A DNA stretch of 64,000 bases from an uncultured Pseudomonadota bacterium (GTDB lineage Bacteria > Pseudomonadota > Gammaproteobacteria > Natronospirales > CAVUBB01), in NCBI GenBank assembly GCA_963739695.1, contig CAVUBB010000001.1, positions 34,967 through 98,966 on the forward strand, in the 5' to 3' direction. A program made the position numbers and the translations under genes. The first letter of the stretch is position 1. The number at the start of each line of letters is the position of its first letter. Positions 17,335-26,865 of the stretch are shown piece by piece. The notes under the pieces were generated by a model. That model made no database searches. It was not told where the DNA came from and worked only from the letters and a program-made list of their open reading frames with translations.

Positions 17335-17961
17335 ATGTATATACCCCGGCGATTCCAGGTTACGGAAACCGAGGCAGGACAGGAACTTATGCGTGCGTAT
17401 CCCTTCGCCACGCTGGTGAGCGCCGGCGCAGACGGGGTGCTGGTGACGCATCTGCCCATGCATCTTTCAGTGGCCGGTGAACCGGGTGTGTTGCAGGCGC
17501 ACATGGCGCGCGCCAACCCGCATTGGCAGGCATTCACCGGCTCCACTCCAGCGGTATGCATCTTTCACGGTCCGCACGGCTACGTATCGCCGCGATGGTA
17601 TGGCGACAGCGAAGCGGTGCCTACCTGGGACTACGTGGCGGTACACGCGCACGGCGTACCGCAGGTGATCGAGGACCCGGGCGAGTTGCACACATTGCTG
17701 GCGGAGCAGATCGAGCCATTCGAGGCGCATCGCGCCCGACCCTGGTCGCTGGAAGAGTCGCCGCCTGCGATCGCCCGGCGTCTGTCCGCGATCGTCGGCC
17801 TGCGCATGACGATCACGCGGCTGGAGATCAAGTTCAAGCTCAGCCAGGACCGGCCGCAAGAGCAGCGCGACACTGTGATCAAAGAGCTGGGGGCATCGGA
17901 GCATCTGGGCGATCAGGCGCTCGCCCGATTCATGCGCGCATTCTATACGGGGACTTCGTAG
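17335..17961 (+). CDS. PaiB-family FMN-binding negative transcriptional regulator
   Basis: The N-terminus MYIPRRFQ ... YPFATLVS is typical of PaiB, as is the C-terminal KLSQDRP motif. The start is set at ATG 17335. Confidence 0.8.
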   Translation: MYIPRRFQVTETEAGQELMRAYPFATLVSAGADGVLVTHLPMHLSVAGEPGVLQAHMARANPHWQAFTGSTPAVCIFHGPHGYVSPRWYGDSEAVPTWDYVAVHAHGVPQVIEDPGELHTLLAEQIEPFEAHRARPWSLEESPPAIARRLSAIVGLRMTITRLEIKFKLSQDRPQEQRDTVIKELGASEHLGDQALARFMRAFYTGTS

Positions 17962-19286
17962 ACTTTCGCCGGCGTCACCACCAGGTCTTTCAGGGTGCGC
18001 GCGCCCAGTTGCGTCTCCAGCGCCTGTTCGATGCCGGCAACCACCTCGTCCACCACGCTCTCCGAATGCAGGTGCCGTTCGGCGAGTTCGCTGCCGTGGT
18101 CGTGATGGCGCACGGCTTTCACGATCTCGCGGAGATGGATCTCGGCGAGGTCGTAGCCGGGCACATAGCCGCGCGGATCGCCGGCTGTTGCCACCAGCAG
18201 GCCCTGTGCTTCGAGCAGGTGCACGATATCGCCCAGATGCTGCCCGGGCATGCGCACATGCTCGGCGAGCTCGTCAAGCGTCCAGGGCGGGGCGCTGCGC
18301 ACGAAGCGCTCCCCTACCAGATACATCAGCAACAGTGCCAGGCGTTCGCGCAGGCGGCCGGTGATGCGCAGACGTGCGCGGTCGCGGGTGATCAGCTCGG
18401 GATGCTGCCAGTAGAACGATATCTGCGCACCGAAGAGCAGGATCAACCAGCTCAGGTAGAGCCAGAGCATGAACACGATGAGGATCGCGAAGCCCGAATA
18501 GATGGCGGTGTACTGGGTGGAGGTGGCGGTGAAAGTGGCGAACAGCCAGCCGGCCGTCTCCCAGAGCACGCCCGCGGTGATGCCGCCGAACAGGGCCGCA
18601 CGGATCTTCACCTTGGTGTTGGGAACGAAATAGTAGAAGAACGTGAAGGCCGCGATCACCAGCGCATAGGGCGTGAGCTTGGCCGCGAGCACATACAGGT
18701 GGCCCAGCGGCTCGATGCTTAGCACGTGCTGCACCAGCGAATGGCTGCTGACCGAAGCGGTTATGCCCATGGCCGAGACCACGAGCAGGGGGCCGACCAC
18801 GATCACGCTGAGATAATCGCTGAAACGCTCCGCCAGGCTGCGCGGTTCGGTGACGCGCCAGATGAAATTGAAGCCGTTTTCGACTTTCTGCACCAGTGAG
18901 ATCACGGTATAGAGCAGCAGCGCGAGACCGATGGAGCCGAGCACGCCGGCCTTCACGTTCTCCACGAAATGCATGATGTTCTGGCCTATCTCGACGCCCT
19001 TGGGCCCGAGCGGTTCGAGGAACTTGAACAGCAGCGGTTCGATGCGATTGTGGACGCCCAGACCCTTGAGCAGCGAGAAGCTGAAGGCGATGAGCGGCAC
19101 CAGCGAGAGCAGCGTGGTGTAGACCAGGCTCATGGCGCGAAGGGTGAGCTGGCCTTCGTAGAAATCGCGTACCAGTACCACGATCAGGCGCAGGCTTTTC
19201 AGGCTGAAACGACGGAGCCCGCGCAGCTTGCGCAGATCTTCGTCCCATATCTTCTCGGTCAGAAGCTGGCGGATCTCGCTTAACAC
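17943..19286 (-). CDS. YihY/BrkB (formerly 'RNase BN') family inner-membrane protein with a C-terminal cytoplasmic extension
   Basis: It has six hydrophobic helices and the YihY-type N-terminus (RAMSLVYTTLLSLVPLIAFSF), followed by a soluble tail of about 150 aa. Confidence 0.8.
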   Translation of the reverse strand: MLSEIRQLLTEKIWDEDLRKLRGLRRFSLKSLRLIVVLVRDFYEGQLTLRAMSLVYTTLLSLVPLIAFSFSLLKGLGVHNRIEPLLFKFLEPLGPKGVEIGQNIMHFVENVKAGVLGSIGLALLLYTVISLVQKVENGFNFIWRVTEPRSLAERFSDYLSVIVVGPLLVVSAMGITASVSSHSLVQHVLSIEPLGHLYVLAAKLTPYALVIAAFTFFYYFVPNTKVKIRAALFGGITAGVLWETAGWLFATFTATSTQYTAIYSGFAILIVFMLWLYLSWLILLFGAQISFYWQHPELITRDRARLRITGRLRERLALLLMYLVGERFVRSAPPWTLDELAEHVRMPGQHLGDIVHLLEAQGLLVATAGDPRGYVPGYDLAEIHLREIVKAVRHHDHGSELAERHLHSESVVDEVVAGIEQALETQLGARTLKDLVVTPAKVYEVPV

Positions 19287-19322
19287 CGGTCTTCCCTCCC
19301 GTCGCGTCCCTGATCTTCGCGC

Positions 19323-20828
19323 TTACGCTTTACGCTTTTTCTCCAGCCGCGCGAGGAACTCCAACAGGAGGATACGATACAACTCGTCTTTAAGGTAGGC
19401 ATCTTCCACGCCAGCCTCGATATTCGGGTTGTCGTTCACCTCGATCACGTAGCAGCCGCGTTCGTTCTGCTTCACGTCCACACCATAGAGGCCGTCGCCG
19501 ATGAGGTTGGCGGCCTTGAGGGCCGCCTCGAGCACGTCGGGCGGTGTATCGGCGACGCCGAGGGTGCGATAGCCGCCCTGGCTGATGCGCCCGCCCGGCT
19601 TGTGATTGACGATCTGCCAGTGGTCTTTCGACATGAAGTACTGGCACGTGAACAGCGGCTTGCGGTCGAGCACGCCGATGCGCCAGTCATAGGCCGTATA
19701 GACATACTCCTGGGCCAGGATCAGATCCGATTCCTTGAACAGCTTCGCGGTGATCTCCATCAGCTCTTTGTGGTCGCGCGCCTTGTACACGCCGCGCGAG
19801 AACGAGCCATCCGGGATCTTCAGGACGATGGGATAGGGGATCTCGGCTTCCGCGTTCTCTGCCTGGCCTTTTTGCAAGATGACCGTCTTCGGGCGCGGCA
19901 CCTTGTGCGTGCGCAGGAGCTCGGCGAGATACACCTTGTTGGTGCAGCGGAGGATGGAATCGGGGTCGTCGATGACCACCATGCCTTCGCTCTCCGCCTT
20001 GCGCGCGAACTTGTAGGTGTAGTGATCCATACGCGTGGTCTCGCGGATGAACAGCGCGTCGTACTCCGCGAGACGGCCGTAATCGCGCCGGCCGATAACC
20101 TCCACGTTCACGCCCAGTGTCTTGCCCACGCGGACGAGTTTCTTCAGTGCGCGCGGGTCGGAAGGCGGCAGCGGGTCGTCGGGGTTGAAGAGCACGGCCA
20201 GATCGCAGCGGTAGCTCGTGCGCGCACGCGGCGAGCGCCAGCGCTGGCTGGTGTAGGAGGTGAGCGCTTCGCCGAAGGCTGCGCGCTGTTCGGCATCGAG
20301 CTGGTTGAGACCCACCGAGCGGATGCGCTGGATGCTCCAGCGTCCGTTGCGTTTGAACTCGATGCGTAACAGCGGGCAGGGGAACAGATCGAATACCTGA
20401 CGCCCTATATCCTGGAAGCGCTTGTCTTCACAGTGACCGAAGTACAGGTGCACATCCACCGTGTCGCTGGACGAACGGCCGAGCTGCTTTTGCATGCTCT
20501 CGTCGAGATCGCTCGCCTCCAGACTGTAGAGCGCCTTGCGCGTGAGTTCGGAGAGCGTCTTCACGCCGGGGAGCACGCGATGGCGCCGGGCCTCGGCGAG
20601 CAGCGAGCAGTAATAGCCCGTGCTCAGATAGCTGTAACTGCGACACAGGTTGATGACCTTAACGCCCTTCTGGGTCATGAACGACGGATCGGAGAGGTAA
20701 TCGCGTGCGGTGACGACGGTCTGTTCCGGGAGGTCGTCGCGCCAGTCGCCCGCCTGCTCGACGACGATGATATGGGTGGGGAGTGTCTTCGATTGTCGGT
20801 CTGGCATGCCTTGGGGCTCCGGTGTCAT
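19323..20828 (-). CDS. RimK-like ATP-grasp ligase with an N-terminal RimK-like accessory (RLAN-type) domain
   Basis: The C-terminal ATP-grasp region reads IVLKIPDGSFSRGV ... ILAQEYV ... DWRIGVL ... GVDVK ... VIEVNDNPNIE. About 190 aa of N-terminal domain precede it. The start overlaps the stop of the upstream GNAT-peptidase gene by 4 nt. Confidence 0.85.
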   Translation of the reverse strand: MTPEPQGMPDRQSKTLPTHIIVVEQAGDWRDDLPEQTVVTARDYLSDPSFMTQKGVKVINLCRSYSYLSTGYYCSLLAEARRHRVLPGVKTLSELTRKALYSLEASDLDESMQKQLGRSSSDTVDVHLYFGHCEDKRFQDIGRQVFDLFPCPLLRIEFKRNGRWSIQRIRSVGLNQLDAEQRAAFGEALTSYTSQRWRSPRARTSYRCDLAVLFNPDDPLPPSDPRALKKLVRVGKTLGVNVEVIGRRDYGRLAEYDALFIRETTRMDHYTYKFARKAESEGMVVIDDPDSILRCTNKVYLAELLRTHKVPRPKTVILQKGQAENAEAEIPYPIVLKIPDGSFSRGVYKARDHKELMEITAKLFKESDLILAQEYVYTAYDWRIGVLDRKPLFTCQYFMSKDHWQIVNHKPGGRISQGGYRTLGVADTPPDVLEAALKAANLIGDGLYGVDVKQNERGCYVIEVNDNPNIEAGVEDAYLKDELYRILLLEFLARLEKKRKA

Positions 20829-21961
20829 GCAGGCAGGCGCAGGATCAGCGCCGCCTGTTGCGCGCTCTTGCCGTAGCGGATCATGCGCGCGAATTCGTCT
20901 CTGGGGACGGGCATGTTGATGCAGTCGAGGCGCAACTTGCCCTTGTCGTAATCCACATACGGATCGTGCAGATACACGAAGCGTTCGTCAAAGCCGGTGA
21001 TCACCACCCAGTGCGGGAACTTCTCATCGTAGAGCCGGTAGGAACTGATCAGCACCACGGGGATGCCGCCGGCCTCGAAGTGCTCCTGCAACGTCTCCAC
21101 GGTGATCGGCTGGTAGTGCACGGGGATGCCCAGCCGTTCGATCTCGTCGGTGAAGTCTTCCTGCACCAGACGGATCACTTCCTTTTTCTCTTCGCTACGC
21201 ACCGAATCGATGAACAGCGCAGTCTCGTCGTTGACGTAGATCTCCACCTCAAAGCCACGGTGATGTGCGGACAGGGCCATGCCGTAGGGGCCGCAGCCCC
21301 CATGCCCTGAGGTCATGAACACGGTGGTGGACTCGCGCCACAGCCGTGTCTCCAGTTTGCGGTCGGGGCCAAGGCCCGGATCGAGCGCCTGCATGGCCAT
21401 GATCAGCGCGGCGGGGCCGCAGGTGAAGTCGAGCGTCTGTTCGTAATAGGGCACGCGCACCATATCGGGAGCGAGGTGCGGCACCAGCAGTTTCTCCATG
21501 CGCAGGGCGTCGGCGTGATCTTCGTAGTAATCCTTCACCTGGCCGAGGGGGCGATAGCCGCTCTGGCGGTAGAGCTTCTCCGCCGGCGCGTTATCCACGC
21601 GGATCTCCAGGCGCATGCTCACGCAGCCATGCTCCACGGCGGCGGCTTCAGCCGCCTTGAGCAGCTTGGCACCGACGCCGTGCCCGCGCGCCTCGGGCGC
21701 CACCGCGATGGAATACAAGCGTGCCAGCGAGGTGCCGGCATGGAACAGTACCAGCGCGTAGCCGCGGATGCGCCCGCGGACTTCATCCACCAGAGTGGTG
21801 GCCTTGGCGCGCGTGAGCAGGTGGCGGAAGCTGCGGCGCGATATACGGTCGCTGTCGAAGCAACGTTCTTCCAGCTCAGCTAGCGGCTCGAGGTCGGCTA
21901 ATGTGGCGGCTCTGATCACCCCGAGATCCTTCCGGGACGGGTTACGGGCGGTATCGCCCAC
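20825..21961 (-). CDS. Fusion protein: N-terminal GNAT acetyltransferase plus C-terminal papain-like (peptidase C39-like) domain
   Basis: The GNAT motif is ARGHGVGAKLL. The C-terminal domain has a Cys motif (FTCGPAALIMAM) and a His motif (HWVVITGFD). Confidence 0.8.
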   Translation of the reverse strand: MGDTARNPSRKDLGVIRAATLADLEPLAELEERCFDSDRISRRSFRHLLTRAKATTLVDEVRGRIRGYALVLFHAGTSLARLYSIAVAPEARGHGVGAKLLKAAEAAAVEHGCVSMRLEIRVDNAPAEKLYRQSGYRPLGQVKDYYEDHADALRMEKLLVPHLAPDMVRVPYYEQTLDFTCGPAALIMAMQALDPGLGPDRKLETRLWRESTTVFMTSGHGGCGPYGMALSAHHRGFEVEIYVNDETALFIDSVRSEEKKEVIRLVQEDFTDEIERLGIPVHYQPITVETLQEHFEAGGIPVVLISSYRLYDEKFPHWVVITGFDERFVYLHDPYVDYDKGKLRLDCINMPVPRDEFARMIRYGKSAQQAALILRLPA

Positions 21962-22015
21962 GCGCGCTATTCTCGCACCGGGCAGGGCTTTCGCCTATGG
22001 GGTTAGTACGTATTT

Positions 22016-23011
22016 TTACAGGATCTGCAGGGGCGGTTCGTCGAGCAACGGCACCTGCTCGCGCAGGGTCTGGATATGCTCTTCCCAGTAGCGCGGGGTG
22101 GCGAACCAGGGGAAGTTGCGCGGGAAGGCGGGATCGTCCCAGCGCCGTGCCAGCCAGCCTGCGTAGTGCACCAGGCGGAGCGAGCGCAGGGCTTCCACCA
22201 GCAGCAGGCCACGCGCGTCGAAATCGTGGAATTGGGTGTAGCCTTCGAGCACGTCCGCAAGCTGGATCTGCATGTCGCGGCGCTCGCCCGCAAGCAGCAT
22301 CCAGATGTCCTGCACCGCCGGGCCCATCATGCAATCGTCGAGGTCGACGAAATGCGGGCCGGCATCCGTCCACAAGATGTTGCCGGGATGACAATCGCCG
22401 TGGATGCGCTGCCAGGTCAGCCCCTCGGCGCGGACGAAGGCGCGCTCCACGCCCTCCAGCAAGAGCGCGCTCACTTCCTCATAGCGCGGCACCAGCTCGC
22501 CCGGCAGCATGCCCGATTCCAACACTGCCGCGCGCGGGCCATGGCCGAGCAGCTCGCTGTCCAGCCGTACGCGGTGCTCGAAACCCCGTGCCGCCCCCAG
22601 CGCGTGGATGCGGCCGAGGAAACGTCCGATCCAGCTCAGTCCTTCCGGATCTTCCAGGTCTGGCGCGCGCCCGCCCCGGCGCGGGAAGAGCGCGAAGCTG
22701 AAGCCGGCGTGTGCGAACAGGGTGTTGCCGCCAGCGTCCGCCAGGGGCGCGACCATCGGGATCTCGTGCTCGGCCAGTTCGAGCGCGAACTCGTGTTCTT
22801 CGAGTATCTGCGCGCGCGTCCAGCGGTCGGGGCGGTAGAACTTCACCACCAGCGGCGCGGCATCTTCGATGCCCACCTGATAGACGCGGTTCTCGTAGCT
22901 GTTGAGCGCGAGCAACATGCCAGAGCTGGTGAAGCCGGCGCTGTCGACGGCATCCAGGATGGTATCCGGGTCGAGGCGGTCGTAGGGATGCGTGGAGACG
23001 CTTTCGATCAT
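22016..23011 (-). CDS. srkA: Stress-response serine/threonine kinase SrkA (YihE/RdoA family)
   Basis: It is colinear with E. coli YihE: LNSYENRVYQ, VVKFYRPDRWT, QILEEHEFALEL, IHGDCHPGNILW and DLDD. Confidence 0.9.
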   Translation of the reverse strand: MIESVSTHPYDRLDPDTILDAVDSAGFTSSGMLLALNSYENRVYQVGIEDAAPLVVKFYRPDRWTRAQILEEHEFALELAEHEIPMVAPLADAGGNTLFAHAGFSFALFPRRGGRAPDLEDPEGLSWIGRFLGRIHALGAARGFEHRVRLDSELLGHGPRAAVLESGMLPGELVPRYEEVSALLLEGVERAFVRAEGLTWQRIHGDCHPGNILWTDAGPHFVDLDDCMMGPAVQDIWMLLAGERRDMQIQLADVLEGYTQFHDFDARGLLLVEALRSLRLVHYAGWLARRWDDPAFPRNFPWFATPRYWEEHIQTLREQVPLLDEPPLQIL

Positions 23012-23103
23012 CGCGGCAGCTTACTCCATCGTGCGCGCCTTTGGCATCGGCGCCGACCTGCGCTTATGTTGTGCGCCTTTCCGAGGCTTGAACGAGGTTT
23101 CGT

Positions 23104-23904
23104 GTGAGCGACCCTTATCCGCAACGTATCGTCTGCCTCACCGAGGAGACCACGGAGACGCTGTATCTGCTCGGCGAGCAGGCACGCATCGTGGGTATCT
23201 CAGGCTTCACCGTGCGCCCGCCCGAGGCACGGCGCGACAAGCCCAAGGTCTCGGCCTTCACTTCGGCCAGGATCGACAAGATCCTCGCGCTGGAGCCCGA
23301 TCTGGTGTTCGCGTTTTCCGACCTGCAGGCCGACATCGCGGCCCAGTTGGTACGTGCCGGGGTGGAAGTGCACGTCTTCAACCACCGCTCCGTGGCCGAG
23401 ATCTTGCGCATGATCCGCAGCGTAGGCGGACTGATCGGCTGCCAGAGCAAGGCCGAGGTGCTGGCGCAGACGCTTGCGAGCGGCTTGGACGCGTTGCGCG
23501 GGCGCGTGGATGCCTTGCCGCGCAGGCCCCGGGTCTATTTCGAGGAATGGGACGAGCCGCAGATCTCCGGGATACGCTGGGTGTCGGAGCTGATCGGCAT
23601 CGCCGGCGGGCAGGACTGCTTCCCGGAACTGGCTGCGCAGTCGCTGGGGCGCGACCGGATCATCGCCGACCCGGACGAAGTCATCCGCCGCGCGCCCGAT
23701 ATCATCTTCGGTTCGTGGTGCGGCAAACGCTTCCGTCCGGAGAAAGTGGCCGCGCGCCCCGGCTGGGAGACGATCCCGGCGGTGCGTGACGGCGAAGTGC
23801 ACGAAGTGAAATCCGCGATCATCCTCCAGCCCGGCCCCGCCGCACTCACCGAAGGGGTGGCGGCGCTGGCGGCCATCGTCGAGCGCTGGGCTGCGCGCGG
23901 CTGA
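23104..23904 (+). CDS. Periplasmic-binding-protein-fold (cobalamin/siderophore-binding type) protein without a signal peptide
   Basis: The start is GTG. The pattern RIVCLTEETTETLYLLG ... PDLVFAF ... VYFEEWDEP is typical of BtuF/FhuD-like class III binding proteins. There is no N-terminal hydrophobic leader. Confidence 0.65.
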   Translation: MSDPYPQRIVCLTEETTETLYLLGEQARIVGISGFTVRPPEARRDKPKVSAFTSARIDKILALEPDLVFAFSDLQADIAAQLVRAGVEVHVFNHRSVAEILRMIRSVGGLIGCQSKAEVLAQTLASGLDALRGRVDALPRRPRVYFEEWDEPQISGIRWVSELIGIAGGQDCFPELAAQSLGRDRIIADPDEVIRRAPDIIFGSWCGKRFRPEKVAARPGWETIPAVRDGEVHEVKSAIILQPGPAALTEGVAALAAIVERWAARG

Positions 23905-23923
23905 AGGCCGAATTCGGGCCTTT

Positions 23924-24826
23924 CTAGATCTCTTTTCCCGTCAGCAAGCGATAGGCCTCGCGGTATTTTTCCGAGGTCTTCTGGATCACGTTGGGCGGCA
24001 GGTGCGGACCGGGTGCGGTCTTGTCCCAGTCCAGCGTCTCCAGGTAATCGCGTACGTATTGTTTGTCGAAGCTGGGCGGGCTGACACCTGGGCGATACGT
24101 GCTGGCCGGCCAGAACCGCGAAGAATCCGGTGTCAGCGCTTCGTCGATAAGGGTGACCCGGCCTTTCTCGTCGAGCCCGAACTCGAATTTGGTGTCGGCG
24201 ATGATGATGCCGTGCTCGCGCGCGAAGTGTGCGGCGTAGGCATAGATCTGCAGGCTGATGTCGCGCACCTGGCGGGCGATGTCTTCGCCGATGGCCTGGG
24301 CCATGGTCTCGAAGCTGATGTTCTCGTCGTGTGCGCCCACGGCGGCCTTGGTGGATGGCGTGAATATGGGGTGCGGGAGCTTGTCGGCCAGTTTCAGGCC
24401 TTGGGGCAGCTCGATGCCGCAGATCGTGCCTTTCTCTTTGTATTCCTTCCAGCCCGAACCGATGATGTAACCACGCACGATGGCTTCCACCGGCAGCGGT
24501 TTGAGGCGGCGGACCACGACGGCACGGTCACGCACCTGGGCGCGCTCTTCATCGAGACCGAGCACCACATCGGGGGTCAGTTCCGAGAGGTGGTTGGGCA
24601 CGATATCGGCTAACTTGGCGAACCAGAAGGCCGAGATGGCGTTCAGCACCACGCCCTTGGCCGGGATCGGGTCGGGCAGCACGACGTCGAAGGCCGAGAG
24701 CCGATCGGTGGTGACGATGAGCATGTGTTCGGCATCCACCGCATAGATGTCGCGCACCTTGCCCCGATGGATCAGCTTGAGCGTGGACAATTCGGTGTTG
24801 AACAGCGTCTCTGGGTACGTCTTCAT
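23924..24826 (-). CDS. purC: Phosphoribosylaminoimidazole-succinocarboxamide (SAICAR) synthase
   Basis: PurC blocks are present: [28 protein letters not shown] and [14 protein letters not shown]. The start is set at MKTYPE (24826). Confidence 0.9.
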   Translation of the reverse strand: MKTYPETLFNTELSTLKLIHRGKVRDIYAVDAEHMLIVTTDRLSAFDVVLPDPIPAKGVVLNAISAFWFAKLADIVPNHLSELTPDVVLGLDEERAQVRDRAVVVRRLKPLPVEAIVRGYIIGSGWKEYKEKGTICGIELPQGLKLADKLPHPIFTPSTKAAVGAHDENISFETMAQAIGEDIARQVRDISLQIYAYAAHFAREHGIIIADTKFEFGLDEKGRVTLIDEALTPDSSRFWPASTYRPGVSPPSFDKQYVRDYLETLDWDKTAPGPHLPPNVIQKTSEKYREAYRLLTGKEI

Positions 24827-24934
24827 GAGCTCGTGATCCTGCTGCAAGGGTGGGTCTGCGGCGTACTCGTGTGCCTCGGCGCGTATCTTGCTCAATGGGT
24901 CGGGTGCTGTCCAGCGCCGCGTGCCGGACCGGCC

Positions 24935-25369
24935 TCAATCGGGTTCGATCTCGCGCGGGAAGCGGTCGGGGTCGTCATGGATGGCAAGGAAGATGCCGGG
25001 TGCATCGGTGTCGCCTTCCTGGTGCCAGGCCTGCACGGCGCGGCGGCCTTCCGCGCGCATGTCGGCGGCCGCGGTGTCGGCGGCTTCGGTGAGCATCTTG
25101 GCGGTGGCCACCGCCCGGATGCGGTCGCCAAGTTGCGGTTCGAGTACATCCACGAGCAGTTCGAAACGCGTGGTGTCGCCGAAGGTGGCGTCCGGCGCCA
25201 GCGTCTCCACCAGTCCCTCGATGGCACCGTGCAGGAAGAACTGGAAATAGACAGCGGTGACGGGGTCGGTCAGCGAATTCTCGGGCAGGCTCTTCGCCGC
25301 CAGCTGGCTGAAGCGGAGCGCGTGGCCGCCAACGGCGGATTGCGCGGCGGGATCGGTGTGAGGGTTCAT
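24935..25369 (-). CDS. Hypothetical acidic protein (144 aa)
   Basis: GC3-rich codon periodicity on the minus strand supports coding. I recognise no family. Confidence 0.5.
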   Translation of the reverse strand: MNPHTDPAAQSAVGGHALRFSQLAAKSLPENSLTDPVTAVYFQFFLHGAIEGLVETLAPDATFGDTTRFELLVDVLEPQLGDRIRAVATAKMLTEAADTAAADMRAEGRRAVQAWHQEGDTDAPGIFLAIHDDPDRFPREIEPD

Positions 25370-25479
25370 GCGCAGACCTCCCCTGGCGTCGGCGAATCCA
25401 GTCTTGGCCAGACCGCCTGCGCCGTCAAGCGGCCCCGTTTCTGTACAATAACGCCTCCCGTATCCGTTCTTGCAAGGAG

Positions 25480-26265
25480 ATGCGATTGAACTGGTGGAAG
25501 ACCCTGCTGCTCGGCACTCTCGGCTATGCCATCGGCGGGCCGATCGGAGCGCTGCTGGGCGCGGCGATAGGCTACGGCATGCGGGAGATCGGCGCGGACT
25601 CCGCGGGTGCGGGCGACCCGGTGCGCATCCAGACTGTGTTCTTCACCACCGTATTCTCGGTGATGGGTTATGTCGCCAAGGCCGACGGACATGTCTCGCG
25701 CGACGAGATCCGTGCGGCGGAAGCGGTGATGGGGCACATGCAGCTCGGTGCCGACCAGCGCCGTGCGGCGATACGCCTGTTCGAGGAAGGCAAGCAAGCC
25801 GGATTCGCGTTCGATGCGGTCATGGAGCAGTTCCGTCTGGAGTGCCACCGCCGCCGCGATCTCTACCGCATGTTCATCGAGATCCAGCTGCAGGCGGCGT
25901 TCGCCGACGGCGAGATCCATCCGGCCGAGAAACAGGCGCTGATCGCCATGTGCCGGCATCTGGGCATCTCGCGTTTCGAACTCGAGGGCTTGGAGGCGCT
26001 GATCCGGGCACAGCGCCGTACCGCCGGCGGGCAGGCAGCGCCGAAGGCGGTACGCCTGGCCGACGATTACCGCATTCTCGGTGTGAGCGAAAGTGCCTCC
26101 GATGCCGAGGTGAAGAAGGCCTACCGCCGGCTCATGCACCAGCACCATCCAGACAAGCTCGTAGCCAAGGGCCTGCCGGAGGAGATGATGCAGGTGGCGG
26201 TGGAGAAGACGCGCGAGATCAACGCGGCCTACGACCGCATCAAGGCCGCGCGAGGGATGAGCTAG
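25480..26265 (+). CDS. djlA: Co-chaperone DjlA (membrane-anchored J-domain protein)
   Basis: It has an N-terminal TM helix, a TerB-like central region and a C-terminal J domain (DYRILGVSESASDAEVKKAYRRLMHQHHPDKL). Confidence 0.9.
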   Translation: MRLNWWKTLLLGTLGYAIGGPIGALLGAAIGYGMREIGADSAGAGDPVRIQTVFFTTVFSVMGYVAKADGHVSRDEIRAAEAVMGHMQLGADQRRAAIRLFEEGKQAGFAFDAVMEQFRLECHRRRDLYRMFIEIQLQAAFADGEIHPAEKQALIAMCRHLGISRFELEGLEALIRAQRRTAGGQAAPKAVRLADDYRILGVSESASDAEVKKAYRRLMHQHHPDKLVAKGLPEEMMQVAVEKTREINAAYDRIKAARGMS

Positions 26266-26290
26266 CCGCCGTCTGGTTCGTGGCTGACAG

Positions 26291-26752
26291 CTAGATGAAA
26301 CGCCCGCCGGCGGCGATGGCGACCAGGATGAATCCCAATATCGTATTGATGCCCACCACGCGGCGGATGCGCGCGATCTGCCGCCCGCCGCCGGGTACGT
26401 CGCCGTTTTCCACGCACCGCGCGAGTTTCGGGTAGGGCCCGAAATAGACGTGGAAGAACAACAGCATCATGAGTATCCCCAGGCCTTGCATCGCATCGAT
26501 CCGCCAGGGCAGGCGGGCGAAGCCGCCGAAGACCTTGAACACCATCAGATACCCGGAGCCGAGCAGCACGACGATGGCCGCCCAAACCCATGGAAAGAAG
26601 CGGCGGAATACGGCCACCCACAATGCCTGGCGCATTCCGGGCTCGAGCGCGCCGACGGCTGGGCGCAGGCACATGTAAGCGAAGAACATGCCGCCGACCC
26701 AGAGGACAGCGGAGGCGATATGCAGGGCGAGTGCGATGGCGATGGCAGGCAT
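26291..26752 (-). CDS. Small CopD-like / DUF-type 4-TM membrane protein
   Basis: It has four hydrophobic helices. The N-terminal LHIASAVLWVGGMFF resembles the CopD/HemJ-type helix-1 pattern. The family assignment is tentative. Confidence 0.5.
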   Translation of the reverse strand: MPAIAIALALHIASAVLWVGGMFFAYMCLRPAVGALEPGMRQALWVAVFRRFFPWVWAAIVVLLGSGYLMVFKVFGGFARLPWRIDAMQGLGILMMLLFFHVYFGPYPKLARCVENGDVPGGGRQIARIRRVVGINTILGFILVAIAAGGRFI

Positions 26753-26865
26753 GTGCTACTCCTGAACCTGGCCGGGATCGGACCTGGGCCATGTCGGGAC
26801 GATCAGCGGGCGTCGTTTTCCCTTCGGCAGCGATCAGTCTACCCCGGCGAAGCCCGAGCGGCTGC

